64,000 bases of DNA from Bacteroidota bacterium (GCA_013286385.1 JABDFU010000002.1:20575-84574); one strand, 5' to 3'. Positions 20,152 to 29,577 are shown, numbered from the stretch's first letter. The notes: a model not told the origin generated them from the sequence alone. Program-made: numbers and translations.

Positions 20152-21396
20152 ATGAAGGATTTATTTCAGAAGATAAAAGAAAACAGAGGGCCACTGGGAA
20201 TGCATGCCAAAGAATCCCATGGTTATTTTACATTTCCCAAATTGGAAGGGGCAATCGGGCCCCGAATGGTTTTCAGAGGAAAAGAGCGTTTGAACTGGAG
20301 CCTTAACAATTACTTAGGACTGGCCAATCATCCGGAGGTTCGTGAAACGGATGCCCAGGCTGCAGCCCACTATGGCTTCGCCCTTCCTATGGGAGCGCGC
20401 ATGATGTCAGGGAACTCAAACCAGCACGAAAAACTCGAAGTCGAATTGGCTTCGTATGTGAGTAAACAGGATGCTATATTAGTTAATTACGGTTATCAAG
20501 GCATGGTTTCGGCTATTGATTGCCTCGTTGACCGCCACGATGTCATTATTTACGATGCAGAGTCTCATGCGTGTATTATTGACGGAGTGCGGCTGCATAT
20601 GGGCAAACGCTTTGTATATTCCCACAATGATATCCAATCCCTTGAAAAACAGCTCGAAAGGGCTGTCAAATTAATTGCTGAAACAAACGGAGCAATTTTG
20701 GTTATTACAGAAGGTGTTTTCGGAATGAGCGGAGATCAGGGTAAACTAAAAGAAATAACCGCCCTGAAAAAGAAGTTCCCTTTCAGGCTATTTGTGGATG
20801 ACGCACATGGAATAGGTGTAATGGGGAAAACCGGAGGCGGAACAGGGGAGGAACAGGGTGTTCAGGATGAAATTGATATTTATTTCGGAACTTTTGCCAA
20901 ATCTTTTGCGCTCATTGGTGGTTTCATAGCCAGCAACGAGCAAATTGTAGAATACCTTCGTTACAATATGCGCTCCCAGATTTTTGCCAAGGCTTTGCCA
21001 ATGCCTCTTGTCGCAGGCGCACTGAAGCGCCTCGAACTGATGCGGACAATACCTTCCTTCCGGGAAAATTTGTGGAAAATTACCAGGGCTTTACAGGAAG
21101 GACTCAAAAAAGCGGGTTTTGAAATCGGAAAAACACAATCCCCGGTTACCCCGGTTTACCTGAACGGATCCATTCCGGAAGCGACCAACATGATATTTGA
21201 TTTACGGGAAAATTTCAATATTTTCTGTTCTATGGTCGTCTATCCTGTAGTTCCCAAGGGAATAATTATTCTAAGGTTGATACCTACAGCTGTACACACA
21301 TTAGAGGATGTCGAATACACGATTTCGTCATTTTCGAAAATAGTAGGCAAATTAAAGTCTGGTAAATATCAGGCAGATAAAATTGCCGCCGTTTAA
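20152..21396 (+). CDS. PLP-dependent alpha-oxoamine synthase family enzyme (AONS / KBL / serine- or cysteate-acyltransferase type), 414 aa
   Basis: FVDDAHGIGVMG and GTFAKSFALIGGF (PLP lysine) motifs. NYLGLANHPEV near the N-terminus. Confidence 0.8.
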   Translation: MKDLFQKIKENRGPLGMHAKESHGYFTFPKLEGAIGPRMVFRGKERLNWSLNNYLGLANHPEVRETDAQAAAHYGFALPMGARMMSGNSNQHEKLEVELASYVSKQDAILVNYGYQGMVSAIDCLVDRHDVIIYDAESHACIIDGVRLHMGKRFVYSHNDIQSLEKQLERAVKLIAETNGAILVITEGVFGMSGDQGKLKEITALKKKFPFRLFVDDAHGIGVMGKTGGGTGEEQGVQDEIDIYFGTFAKSFALIGGFIASNEQIVEYLRYNMRSQIFAKALPMPLVAGALKRLELMRTIPSFRENLWKITRALQEGLKKAGFEIGKTQSPVTPVYLNGSIPEATNMIFDLRENFNIFCSMVVYPVVPKGIIILRLIPTAVHTLEDVEYTISSFSKIVGKLKSGKYQADKIAAV

Positions 21397-21436
21397 TGCA
21401 TATATTGTTAACTTTAAACCTAAAACCTAACCTAAC

Positions 21437-21613
21437 ATGACAAAGTACGAAAACTTAAAAAACATCGTAGCTGCTATGGAAGCTGATGTAGAAAAATTTT
21501 ACAACGGAAACGCTGCCGCAGGAACCCGTGTTCGCAAGGCTCTTCAGGATGTAAAAAAAGCGGCTCAGGATTTCAGAATTGAAGTTCAGGAAATGAAAAA
21601 CAAAGGTAAATAA
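21437..21613 (+). CDS. histone H1-like small basic protein, 58 aa (not in the ORF track)
   Basis: Hand translation: MTKYENLKNIVAAMEADVEKFYNGNAAAGTRVRKALQDVKKAAQDFRIEVQEMKNKGK*. The ..KFY.GN.AAGTRVRKA.Q..K..AQ..R.EVQ pattern matches the small Bacteroidota proteins annotated as histone H1. Confidence 0.6.
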   Translation: MTKYENLKNIVAAMEADVEKFYNGNAAAGTRVRKALQDVKKAAQDFRIEVQEMKNKGK

Positions 21614-21623
21614 CCCAAGCAAC

Positions 21624-22064
21624 ATGAAAAAAATAATCGGAGCAACACTGATGCTGGCTTTTATGGCCAGCACAGTCCTGGCTCAAAAGAAGGAAAAAGT
21701 TCCTCCCGGACCTTTGGACAAGAAAACCTACACTATCGATCTGACCAAGGATGGTAAAAAACCGGGCCCTGCTGAAAAGGAAGAGCTTAGTTTTAAAATG
21801 GGAAAGTTCAGTTGGAAAAAAATGATAGCCGATGGATACAAGGCAACGGCCTATGAAGCCACCTTTGATTCAACGGCCAGCCCTATTACCTGTACCTTCA
21901 GTGTTGAGGCCACCGGTGACAACAAGGACCTGGTCTACAAATGGGACGGTACCATAACCGGGGATGACGTTGAGGGTACTGCTGCCGTTCTTAAGAAGGG
22001 AAAGCAGAAAGAGTCGTATACCTTCACCGGAACGCTGAAAGGGAAGAAACCCAAGAAGGAGTAA
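21624..22064 (+). CDS. hypothetical secreted Lys-rich protein, 146 aa
   Basis: Signal peptide MKKIIGATLMLAFMASTVLAQ. No recognisable domain. Confidence 0.5.
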   Translation: MKKIIGATLMLAFMASTVLAQKKEKVPPGPLDKKTYTIDLTKDGKKPGPAEKEELSFKMGKFSWKKMIADGYKATAYEATFDSTASPITCTFSVEATGDNKDLVYKWDGTITGDDVEGTAAVLKKGKQKESYTFTGTLKGKKPKKE

Positions 22065-22114
22065 TCTCAAATTTAGCGAATAGAGTTGGTTCTCACTGAT
22101 CGCAAATCGCTTGC

Positions 22115-22996
22115 CTATTCGCTCGCTAACTTTTTGATCTTTTCCTGAACATCCTTGTTCACTCTCACCAATGGCAGGCGAACCGCGTGTTCGCAAATTC
22201 CTATACGGTAGAGAAATTCCTTGACTCCTCCCGGATTGCCATCGGCAAACATCTGCTCTATGATATCGAGGTGCTTGTAGTGAAGCAAACGGGCTTTTTT
22301 GCAGTCTCCCCTGAGGGCACGTCTGACCATTTCAGAAAATTCCAACGGATAGGCATTGGCCAGTACAGATATGACCCCGTCGCCACCGCAGGCGATGATT
22401 GGCAATGTAAGCGCATCGTCACCTGATATTACTAAAAAGTCTTTCGGTTTGTTTTTGATGATTTTCATGCATTGCTCCAGATTGCCTGAAGCTTCTTTCA
22501 TGCCAATTACATTTTTTACTTCATGGGCAATCCTAAGCGTAGTTTCTGCTGTAAGATTTGAAGACGTCCGTCCGGGCACATTGTACAAAATAACAGGTTT
22601 GGGGGATTCTTTTGCAATCAGCCTGTAGTGCTCGAAAATGCCCTGCTGACTGGGTTTGTTGTAATAGGGCGACACCGACAGAACGGCAGCAATAGCGGAG
22701 AAATCGTATCCGTCAAATCCCCTGATAATTTCATGCGTATTGTTTCCTCCGTGTCCCAGAACCACCGGTACGCGTTTATCCGCGGCTTCCTGTATGCATT
22801 CCAGTACATCCGCTTTTTCCTTTTTTGAGAGTGTTGCGGTCTCACCGGTTGTTCCCAGAGCGACAAGGTATTCCACCTTCCCTTTTACAATGTGGTTAAC
22901 CAGTTTTTCAAGCGCTTTAAAATCGACACTTCCATTGGCTTTAAACGGAGTAACAAGTGCCACCCCTGTTCCCCTAAGCAGATTAACGATACTCAT
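22115..22996 (-). CDS. dapA: 4-hydroxy-tetrahydrodipicolinate synthase
   Basis: GVALVTPF, ALGTTGETATLS and YNVPGRT motifs. 293 aa. Confidence 0.9.
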   Translation of the reverse strand: MSIVNLLRGTGVALVTPFKANGSVDFKALEKLVNHIVKGKVEYLVALGTTGETATLSKKEKADVLECIQEAADKRVPVVLGHGGNNTHEIIRGFDGYDFSAIAAVLSVSPYYNKPSQQGIFEHYRLIAKESPKPVILYNVPGRTSSNLTAETTLRIAHEVKNVIGMKEASGNLEQCMKIIKNKPKDFLVISGDDALTLPIIACGGDGVISVLANAYPLEFSEMVRRALRGDCKKARLLHYKHLDIIEQMFADGNPGGVKEFLYRIGICEHAVRLPLVRVNKDVQEKIKKLASE

Positions 22997-23029
22997 TGCC
23001 GTACTATTTAATAATTATAATTAAGGATG

Positions 23030-23037
23030 CAAAGATA
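23030..23037 (-). promoter_or_regulatory. candidate -7 box (TAtcTTTG on the minus strand) for dapA
   Basis: The plus strand reads caaagata, 34 nt upstream of the dapA ATG at 22996. Confidence 0.35.
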
Positions 23038-23042
23038 CGATT

Positions 23043-26000
23043 TTAGCTTAACCTGATTCCGATCACACAAACATCATCCACCTGCTCCAGACTTCCCATC
23101 CAGGCTTTCAGAGATTTGTAAATGGCTTTCTTTTGCTCCTGCATGGGCAATGCAGAAACGTCCAGCAGCAATTGTTTAAAGGGCTTGTACAGGAATTTTT
23201 TTCCCCTGGAGCCCCCAAACTGATCGGCGAATCCGTCGGTAAATAAATACAGGAGATCTCCGCTTTCTATAGGGATGATGTGGTTGGTGAAATTCGAATT
23301 CATTTCGCTTTCACTGCCGATGGGTTGTTTGTCCGGTTTAATTTCAAACAGACAAAATTCGTTGCCGGTGAGGGAGGGTAGAATTTCTTTGCCATTGTCG
23401 ATTAGCTTCCTGTTCTTTTTTCTCAGCAGGTACATCCCGTTATTTGCACCTGCAAAATTCAGCTGACTGTTGGCCGAATCAATCATCAGCAGGGAGATAT
23501 CCATTCCGTCCCGAACAGCTGTTTTGTCATTCTGGCGGAGTGTTTCTTCAACCAGTGAATTCAGTTTGTCAAGTATGGCTCCGGGCTGGGTTAAGGCAAA
23601 CTCGTTTATCACTCTTGTTAATCCGTTGTGCCCCACCATGCTTACCAATGCTCCGGGTACCCCGTGTCCCGTACAGTCAACAGCGGCAATAAGCGATTTG
23701 TGATTCAGGTGATCAAACCAGTAAAAATCTCCGCTTACGATGTCCTTGGGTTTATAGAGGATGAAAAAATCTTTCAGGTATTGTTTAATTCTTTTGTGGG
23801 CCGGAAGAATTGCTTCCTGTATTCTTTTGGCATAGGTAATACTATCGGTAATGTTCTTGTTGTATTGTGCAATTTCACGATTTGCTTTTTCAAGTTCCTG
23901 GTTTTTTCCCTGGATAATGCTTTGTTGTTTTAAAATTTCAACATTCGAGCGCTTAATTTTAATGTACGAGAATACCCCGCCGATAGCAATCAGAATGCAA
24001 ATCGAATAAAACCACCAGGTCTGATAAAAAGGAGATTCAATCCTGAACGCAAAACAAACAGGTTCTGTATTCCATATCCCTTCGTTCGTACAGGCTTTTA
24101 CCTGAAATTCATACGTGCCGGGTTCCAGATTCGGATAAGGAACCTGAAGCTCGGTTGTTGCCATCCAGTCTTTGTCAAAACCTTTCAGGCGGTAGCGGTA
24201 AGAGACTTTCTGAGGGGCGGTTAAACTGACTCCGATAAAACTGAAAATAAAATTGTTCTGGGTATAGGGTAAAACAAGGATTTTTCCTTCTGCCCATTCT
24301 TTAGCACTGCCATTTATTTTAATATCCGTGATGTTTGTGATGGGCCTGCATTTGTTTTCAAAGTCCAGGTCTCTGTTGTAAATCAGGAGCCCATTGTTGG
24401 TTCCGATCCAGATCTGTCCGGTCGCTGAATCTGCTGTCATCACTCCCGCATTGCAGCTTTCTCCGGTAAAGCCGTCGGCTGCATCGAAGTGCCGAATCTC
24501 GGCTACCGAATCGTGCTCCATTTTTATTCTGTTCAGACCGTTGGTGGCACCGGCCCAAATGTATCCCCATGTGTCAACTGTAACCGAAGTTATGTCGTTC
24601 GAATTAAAATCTTTTCTGTCCGAAATCCGTGTAAAATCTTTTTGATTTTTTTTCTGCCGGAACAGGCCCGACTCAGTTGCAATAAATACGGTTCCCATTT
24701 TGTCTTCAAAAAAGGCCTGGACTATTTTCTCCGGCATACCCTCCTGCAAGGAAAAGTGAATCAGGTTGTTTTCACTGAGCAGGTAAAGTCCGTAATCGGT
24801 TCCTATCCAGATTCGCTTTTGCCGGTCTTCCATCAGGCATTTAACCGGCTTGCTTAGTTGCAGCCGGGAATAGGGTAAGATTCTGTTATTCTCCAGTTGG
24901 GCCAGGCCACCAAAGGTTCCCAACCAGGTTGTGCCTTTTGAATCCCGCATGATGCAATAACATTTGTCCAGGTTTTTATTTGCATTGCTTCGCAGGGTAT
25001 CATAATTAATTCCGTCAAACCGGTTTACCCCGTATTCCGAAGCCATTAGAAAAGATTTTTTATCTGAAATGAAGGATGTTAAATCACCTTGCAGAAGAAG
25101 TTTAGGAACAATTGCATTTTTAACAAGTTTCCCGTTATCCAGTTCAGATAATCCGGAAGCCGTCAGGACAAAGGTTTTAGAATCCTGAAGCAGAATACCC
25201 TTGATTTCATTTTTGGGAAGGCCTTCGTTGGTCGTTACCGATAAAAAACGTTCTGAGGACAACCTGGAAACTCCGTTTTGTTTTGAAGCAAACCAAAGGT
25301 TGTTTTCCCTGTCCTGAAAAATTTTCCAGATTGTGTTGTCAACCAATCCGTTTTTAACAGTAAGAAGATTAAATTTTCCCTTGCGGTAATTCAACACCCC
25401 CTGGTCGGTTCCTATCCAGATTGTACCATCTCTGCGATCTTTCAGGGAACAGTAAAAAAATGCACCTCCTTTTATCGCATCAATTTTGACAATTTGTAGT
25501 TTATTTTCCCTCAGTTCAAACAGGTTGTTTTCGGTCAGTATCCAATAGACCTTGTCTGAAATTTCAATTACCGAATACACCACTTCGCAATCCAAACCGT
25601 TTTTTGCCTGGTACCTCCGCATTGTTTTGCCGTCGTAACAAAAAAGTCCCTTGTGAGCAGTGCAAAACCAAATCTGTTTCCTGCTGTCCTCATAGATAGT
25701 AAATACAGTAGCGTTGCTCAGTGCCGAATCAGCTGTAAAGGCTTTAAACTGATGTTCAGAAAAAGTGCAAACACCTTTTCCGGTACCGAGCCACAGCGTA
25801 TTCCCCGAATCGAACAATCCGCTGAATACCGTTTCGTCCGGAAGGCCGTTATCCTTTGAATAATTGCTGAATTTTTTTCCATCAAAAACAGCGATGCCCT
25901 GATCTGTACCGGCAATCATTCTGTGCTGGTCTGGCCTGGTGAGACTGTAAATCAGGTTAGAGGGAAGCCCATCCTTATCACCTATTTTTTCAAAGCCGAC

Positions 26001-26204
26001 TCCGTTGTATTTTGTTATCCCTCCTTTATAGGTTCCCAACCAGATGCAACCTCTTTCGTCCTGTCCAATGGAAAGCACAACTTTGTCTGAAAGCCCCTGC
26101 TCTGAGCTGAAATTTTCAAAATGCAGTTGTTGCGTAAAGCCCTGAAGGGTAATAAATAAGAGGCTGACAATCGGTACAGCTAACCTAAAAGAGCACAGGT
26201 TCAA
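23043..26204 (-). CDS. sensor protein: periplasmic two-component-regulator propeller repeats + Y_Y_Y domain, one TM segment, coiled coil, cytoplasmic PP2C/SpoIIE phosphatase; 1053 aa
   Basis: Repeated GL..n.v..i..D..g.iW.GT units. TM segment WWFYSICILIAIGGVFSYI. PP2C motifs SGDFYWF, DCTGHGVPGA, DGMDISL, TDGFADQFGG. Confidence 0.85.
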   Translation of the reverse strand: MNLCSFRLAVPIVSLLFITLQGFTQQLHFENFSSEQGLSDKVVLSIGQDERGCIWLGTYKGGITKYNGVGFEKIGDKDGLPSNLIYSLTRPDQHRMIAGTDQGIAVFDGKKFSNYSKDNGLPDETVFSGLFDSGNTLWLGTGKGVCTFSEHQFKAFTADSALSNATVFTIYEDSRKQIWFCTAHKGLFCYDGKTMRRYQAKNGLDCEVVYSVIEISDKVYWILTENNLFELRENKLQIVKIDAIKGGAFFYCSLKDRRDGTIWIGTDQGVLNYRKGKFNLLTVKNGLVDNTIWKIFQDRENNLWFASKQNGVSRLSSERFLSVTTNEGLPKNEIKGILLQDSKTFVLTASGLSELDNGKLVKNAIVPKLLLQGDLTSFISDKKSFLMASEYGVNRFDGINYDTLRSNANKNLDKCYCIMRDSKGTTWLGTFGGLAQLENNRILPYSRLQLSKPVKCLMEDRQKRIWIGTDYGLYLLSENNLIHFSLQEGMPEKIVQAFFEDKMGTVFIATESGLFRQKKNQKDFTRISDRKDFNSNDITSVTVDTWGYIWAGATNGLNRIKMEHDSVAEIRHFDAADGFTGESCNAGVMTADSATGQIWIGTNNGLLIYNRDLDFENKCRPITNITDIKINGSAKEWAEGKILVLPYTQNNFIFSFIGVSLTAPQKVSYRYRLKGFDKDWMATTELQVPYPNLEPGTYEFQVKACTNEGIWNTEPVCFAFRIESPFYQTWWFYSICILIAIGGVFSYIKIKRSNVEILKQQSIIQGKNQELEKANREIAQYNKNITDSITYAKRIQEAILPAHKRIKQYLKDFFILYKPKDIVSGDFYWFDHLNHKSLIAAVDCTGHGVPGALVSMVGHNGLTRVINEFALTQPGAILDKLNSLVEETLRQNDKTAVRDGMDISLLMIDSANSQLNFAGANNGMYLLRKKNRKLIDNGKEILPSLTGNEFCLFEIKPDKQPIGSESEMNSNFTNHIIPIESGDLLYLFTDGFADQFGGSRGKKFLYKPFKQLLLDVSALPMQEQKKAIYKSLKAWMGSLEQVDDVCVIGIRLS

Positions 26205-26209
26205 CGAAA

Positions 26210-28066
26210 TTATTCTTTTATGATCTTAATCGTTTGGGTCGAATTGTTTGCCGATACCCGCAGTAAATAAATCCCGGAAGAGGGAAGGTTGTCCTGCTGA
26301 ATCGCATACTGGTAAGATCCGGAGGCCTTGCAGGCATTTTCAACCGTAGTGATTTTCTGACCCAGATTGTCATACAGATCGATCAGAACAAAGGAGTTGG
26401 AAGGGAGTTCAATTCCAATCCGGGTTTCAGCCGACCAGGGATTCGGATAAACGCGGGCAGAAAAATGGCCTGAATTGAAATCGGCTGCAGAGAGTGGTCC
26501 GCAAAGGGTGTTATCCGGATTGATCGAATCCGGGAAGATGGTGTAACTAAGGCAGTTTATTGAGCTTCCGGAGGAGACTGTGAACGAATAGGAGCCAGAA
26601 GAACTGATTCCCGGCATATCCACTATCATTGTATAATTGCCGGGATCGAGGTTGTTGAAGCTGAAATTACCGCTGCTGTCCGTGCTTGATTTAACGGCCA
26701 GTGATCCGCTGGGTTTCTTTTTTACGACGATGTCAATTCCTTTCACATCATTTGAGGCCATTACCAGATTCTTGTTTTTCCTGCTTCCCGATTTGCGCAT
26801 AGGATCCAAAGGGGCCATAAAGGGGTTTTCGTAGGGAAAGGTTGTTGTAATGCTTCCCGACAACGATACAGCATTGGATTGGGGGGCGTGGTATTTGATT
26901 TTAATATTGTTTCCGGTAGCGTTGCACCTGCAATTTATCGTATTGATCGAATCGGAGTGCATCCAGGTTGCCGGAGAACCTGCTACGGTATCCCCGTAAT
27001 AGGTTGTTACCGAATTGGGGTATTGTGTGGTATCCGGAATGACAGCCACACGGTAATAACCATAGGGAATTGAGTCGAACTGGTAATTTCCGTTCAGGTC
27101 AGTGACCGTATAATCCAGGATGTCATCCCGCATAAAATTAGAGTGGTCCCTGAACAATAAAACCTGATTTTTACCCTTGGTCAATGCGCTTTTCCCGGAT
27201 GAGTCCAGGGCCGTTCCTGAAATTGATCCGAATGCAACCGGCAGGGTATACCAGGCTGCATTTGCGTTACCGTCGAAATCGTCGTCCTGCAAATACATCA
27301 ACACCGAAGTGGCGAAGGTATTGTTGCGTAAAAATTCGCATCGTGAAAAGTCGGTTTCACTTGCAGGCACGTAGGCCGGATAATATTGATAGGTTCCCAA
27401 AACATTCACATAAAACGTATCTAATTCAGTGACCAGTTCATTTGTCATTACGACATTGGTATAGGTTACTCCCGGAATTTTTAAGGTTCCGTAACCCTCG
27501 TAGGACATGATTTTGTACTGGGTGTGCACATGCTTAACTGGAAAAGTGCCGTACGAAGGAATTGTGTAATTGAAATAAGCCACCTGTATGGACGTGTCGT
27601 AGGTGACCGGCGTACTGCTGTTGAATTCGAAAGGTGTTACCAGTTCTGCCCTAACGGCAGTATATACTGCATTGTTGAAAGCCTTTTTTTCATTGACGGT
27701 TCCTATATTATACAGGCCGTTATAATTCAGCCTATAATACAGAAAAAGCGAATCGACCGTTTCGTATTTTGGTATGGCCCGTACAAAGGCACCATTTGTA
27801 GCTGTTGGAAATGTTGTTCCCGAGGGTCCTGAAGCAGGCGGGACAGTCGAAAGCTGAAAGGTATCTGAACCGACATAGTTAAGGGAATAGTCCCATGTAA
27901 CTCCTGATCCGGAGGCAGGCATAGGCAATACATTGGTTGCCGTATCCCAGACCTCTTTTACAGCGGTACCATTGACTGGCAAAAATGAACCATAAATGGT
28001 TGGAGACTGGGCCCTTGTCAGGGAGCACAGCAACAGGGCGGAGAACAGGAAGTAAATTTGCTTCAT
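26210..28066 (-). CDS. T9SS type A cargo protein of unknown function, 618 aa
   Basis: Signal peptide MKQIYFLFSALLLCSLTRAQ. C-terminus VYPNPWSAETRIGIEL...GIYLLRVSANNSTQTIKIIKE (Por secretion tail). Its stop lies 5 nt upstream of the sensor gene start. Confidence 0.75.
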   Translation of the reverse strand: MKQIYFLFSALLLCSLTRAQSPTIYGSFLPVNGTAVKEVWDTATNVLPMPASGSGVTWDYSLNYVGSDTFQLSTVPPASGPSGTTFPTATNGAFVRAIPKYETVDSLFLYYRLNYNGLYNIGTVNEKKAFNNAVYTAVRAELVTPFEFNSSTPVTYDTSIQVAYFNYTIPSYGTFPVKHVHTQYKIMSYEGYGTLKIPGVTYTNVVMTNELVTELDTFYVNVLGTYQYYPAYVPASETDFSRCEFLRNNTFATSVLMYLQDDDFDGNANAAWYTLPVAFGSISGTALDSSGKSALTKGKNQVLLFRDHSNFMRDDILDYTVTDLNGNYQFDSIPYGYYRVAVIPDTTQYPNSVTTYYGDTVAGSPATWMHSDSINTINCRCNATGNNIKIKYHAPQSNAVSLSGSITTTFPYENPFMAPLDPMRKSGSRKNKNLVMASNDVKGIDIVVKKKPSGSLAVKSSTDSSGNFSFNNLDPGNYTMIVDMPGISSSGSYSFTVSSGSSINCLSYTIFPDSINPDNTLCGPLSAADFNSGHFSARVYPNPWSAETRIGIELPSNSFVLIDLYDNLGQKITTVENACKASGSYQYAIQQDNLPSSGIYLLRVSANNSTQTIKIIKE

Positions 28067-28092
28067 CGGGTTGGGTTTTTAATACACGATAC

Positions 28093-28100
28093 CAAATGTA
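28093..28100 (-). promoter_or_regulatory. candidate -7 box (TAcaTTTG on the minus strand) for the 618-aa cargo / sensor transcription unit
   Basis: The plus strand reads caaatgta, 27 nt upstream of the ATG at 28066. Confidence 0.35.
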
Positions 28101-28138
28101 AGATTTTAACCAAGTCCAGTCAAATCGTTGAATTTTCA

Positions 28139-29191
28139 TTAAAAAACAGGCTGCTTCCTGAGGTTCTGAAGAAATTTCAGGGTGTCCACTCCATCCGCAT
28201 AATCCCAAAGTTCCGGCGATTGGGCGCTCCCGAACTCAACTTTTCGGCTCACGTTATCCATGCCCGAAACCAGGCACTGGATATTCCCTGAATCCATCTG
28301 AAGTCTTTGGTTTAACTCAGTAGCATTGGAATAGTATTCATAAAATAATACAGCAACAGGAGAAGATAATCCGATATCTTCTTTCAGCAAAAGAAACCCA
28401 TTTTCAATCAGGTTGATTCCCTGCATGAGGTAAACGGTTTTGTTGTATTCATAGTTATTTGCGTATTTATTGTGGTTGATGATGTTTTTGTAATCAAAAA
28501 TACCTCCAAAAAAAAGATCAAAATCATAGCCTTCGGGGACGAATAATTTAGAGATGCTTCTGCAACCCAGGCCAAAATACTGAAACACATCTTTTCCAAG
28601 TAATTGCATTTGCTGTCTGCTTTCGCTGCCGCTTAAAACGGCAGCTGAATTTCTGTTTTTACGTATGATGTGCGGGTATTTCCCGAAATAGAAGTCGAAG
28701 TACCTGGAAGAATTAGAGCTGCCTGTTGCAATGATGGCATCAATTTTAGCAAGTCGTCCCTCTGTAAACTGAATTTGTTTTTTGAATCCGGGTTCAATCG
28801 AAATCAGGATTTCGCAAATCAGTCTTGGCAATTTTTCATCGTCGCCGGATGCTTTTACCAGTGCATTGTGTCCGGACAGAAGTACACAAAGCAGATCGTG
28901 AAAACCGGCAAGCGGAATATTGCCGGCCATGATCAGCCCTATGGTTACAGGTGATTCAGGTTCCAGGGAATAAGATTCGGCGGAATAGGGTTCCAGCCAG
29001 CGGCTGAGTTGTTCGGGTACCAGACTTTTTCCCCATTCTGTAAAGACATGCAGTACATTTTCTTCGGTAAACCATCCGTTGTAAATAGAACTGCTTGCGG
29101 CAAACTCAGCCAGTTTTCCCTTTTTTTGACCTGCCTGGAGTAAAACGGCCCCCAGTTTTTCCAGTGCATTTATTTTTTGCCGAAGCGTCAT
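28139..29191 (-). CDS. LuxC-like acyl-CoA reductase family protein, 350 aa
   Basis: Length and overall pattern (NGWFTEENV, LIMAGNIPLAGFHDLL, KYANNYEYNKTVYLM) match my recollection of the Bacteroidota acyl-CoA reductase family. Not verified. Confidence 0.55.
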   Translation of the reverse strand: MTLRQKINALEKLGAVLLQAGQKKGKLAEFAASSSIYNGWFTEENVLHVFTEWGKSLVPEQLSRWLEPYSAESYSLEPESPVTIGLIMAGNIPLAGFHDLLCVLLSGHNALVKASGDDEKLPRLICEILISIEPGFKKQIQFTEGRLAKIDAIIATGSSNSSRYFDFYFGKYPHIIRKNRNSAAVLSGSESRQQMQLLGKDVFQYFGLGCRSISKLFVPEGYDFDLFFGGIFDYKNIINHNKYANNYEYNKTVYLMQGINLIENGFLLLKEDIGLSSPVAVLFYEYYSNATELNQRLQMDSGNIQCLVSGMDNVSRKVEFGSAQSPELWDYADGVDTLKFLQNLRKQPVF

Positions 29192-29211
29192 GATTCTGTA
29201 TCTTTACAGTC

Positions 29212-29219
29212 CAAAGATA
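29212..29219 (-). promoter_or_regulatory. candidate -7 box (TAtcTTTG on the minus strand) for the reductase gene
   Basis: The plus strand reads caaagata, 21 nt upstream of the ATG at 29191. A near-match TAtcTTTa on the plus strand (29199..29206) faces the ferredoxin gene. Confidence 0.35.
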
Positions 29220-29226
29220 AACAGCT

Positions 29227-29577
29227 ATGGCTATTAAAATTACAGAAGAGTGCATTAATTGCGGAGCATGCGAGCCCGAGTGTCCCAACAATGCAATTTA
29301 CGAAGGCGGCGCCGAATGGCGCTTTTCAGACGGAACCGCTGTGAAAGGTTCTTTTACGGGAAAAAATTCAGGCATAACGGCAGAAGCTGATGCTGCCCAG
29401 ACTCCTGTATCGATGGATCTCTATTACATTGCTGCAGACAAATGCACCGAGTGTACGGGTTTTCACGATGAGCCGCAATGCGCCGCAGTATGTCCTGTTG
29501 ATTGCTGCATTAAAGACGAAAACAACGTAGAAGAAAAAGATGCCCTATTGGCTAAAAAGGATTCCCTGCACCTGTAA
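29227..29577 (+). CDS. 4Fe-4S dicluster ferredoxin, 116 aa
   Basis: CINCGACEPECP and CTECTGFHDEPQCAAVCPVDC cysteine motifs. Confidence 0.85.
   Translation: MAIKITEECINCGACEPECPNNAIYEGGAEWRFSDGTAVKGSFTGKNSGITAEADAAQTPVSMDLYYIAADKCTECTGFHDEPQCAAVCPVDCCIKDENNVEEKDALLAKKDSLHL

Noticed and set aside
21397-21436. Short aaccta-type tandem repeats after the AOS gene
   Set aside because: There are only about three imperfect 6-7-nt copies in an AT-rich spacer. No structure or function can be argued from it.
21455-21673. 72-aa minus-strand ORF
   Set aside because: It is antisense to the histone-H1-like gene and to the start of the 146-aa gene. Its hydrophobic low-complexity translation is less convincing than the plus-strand reading.
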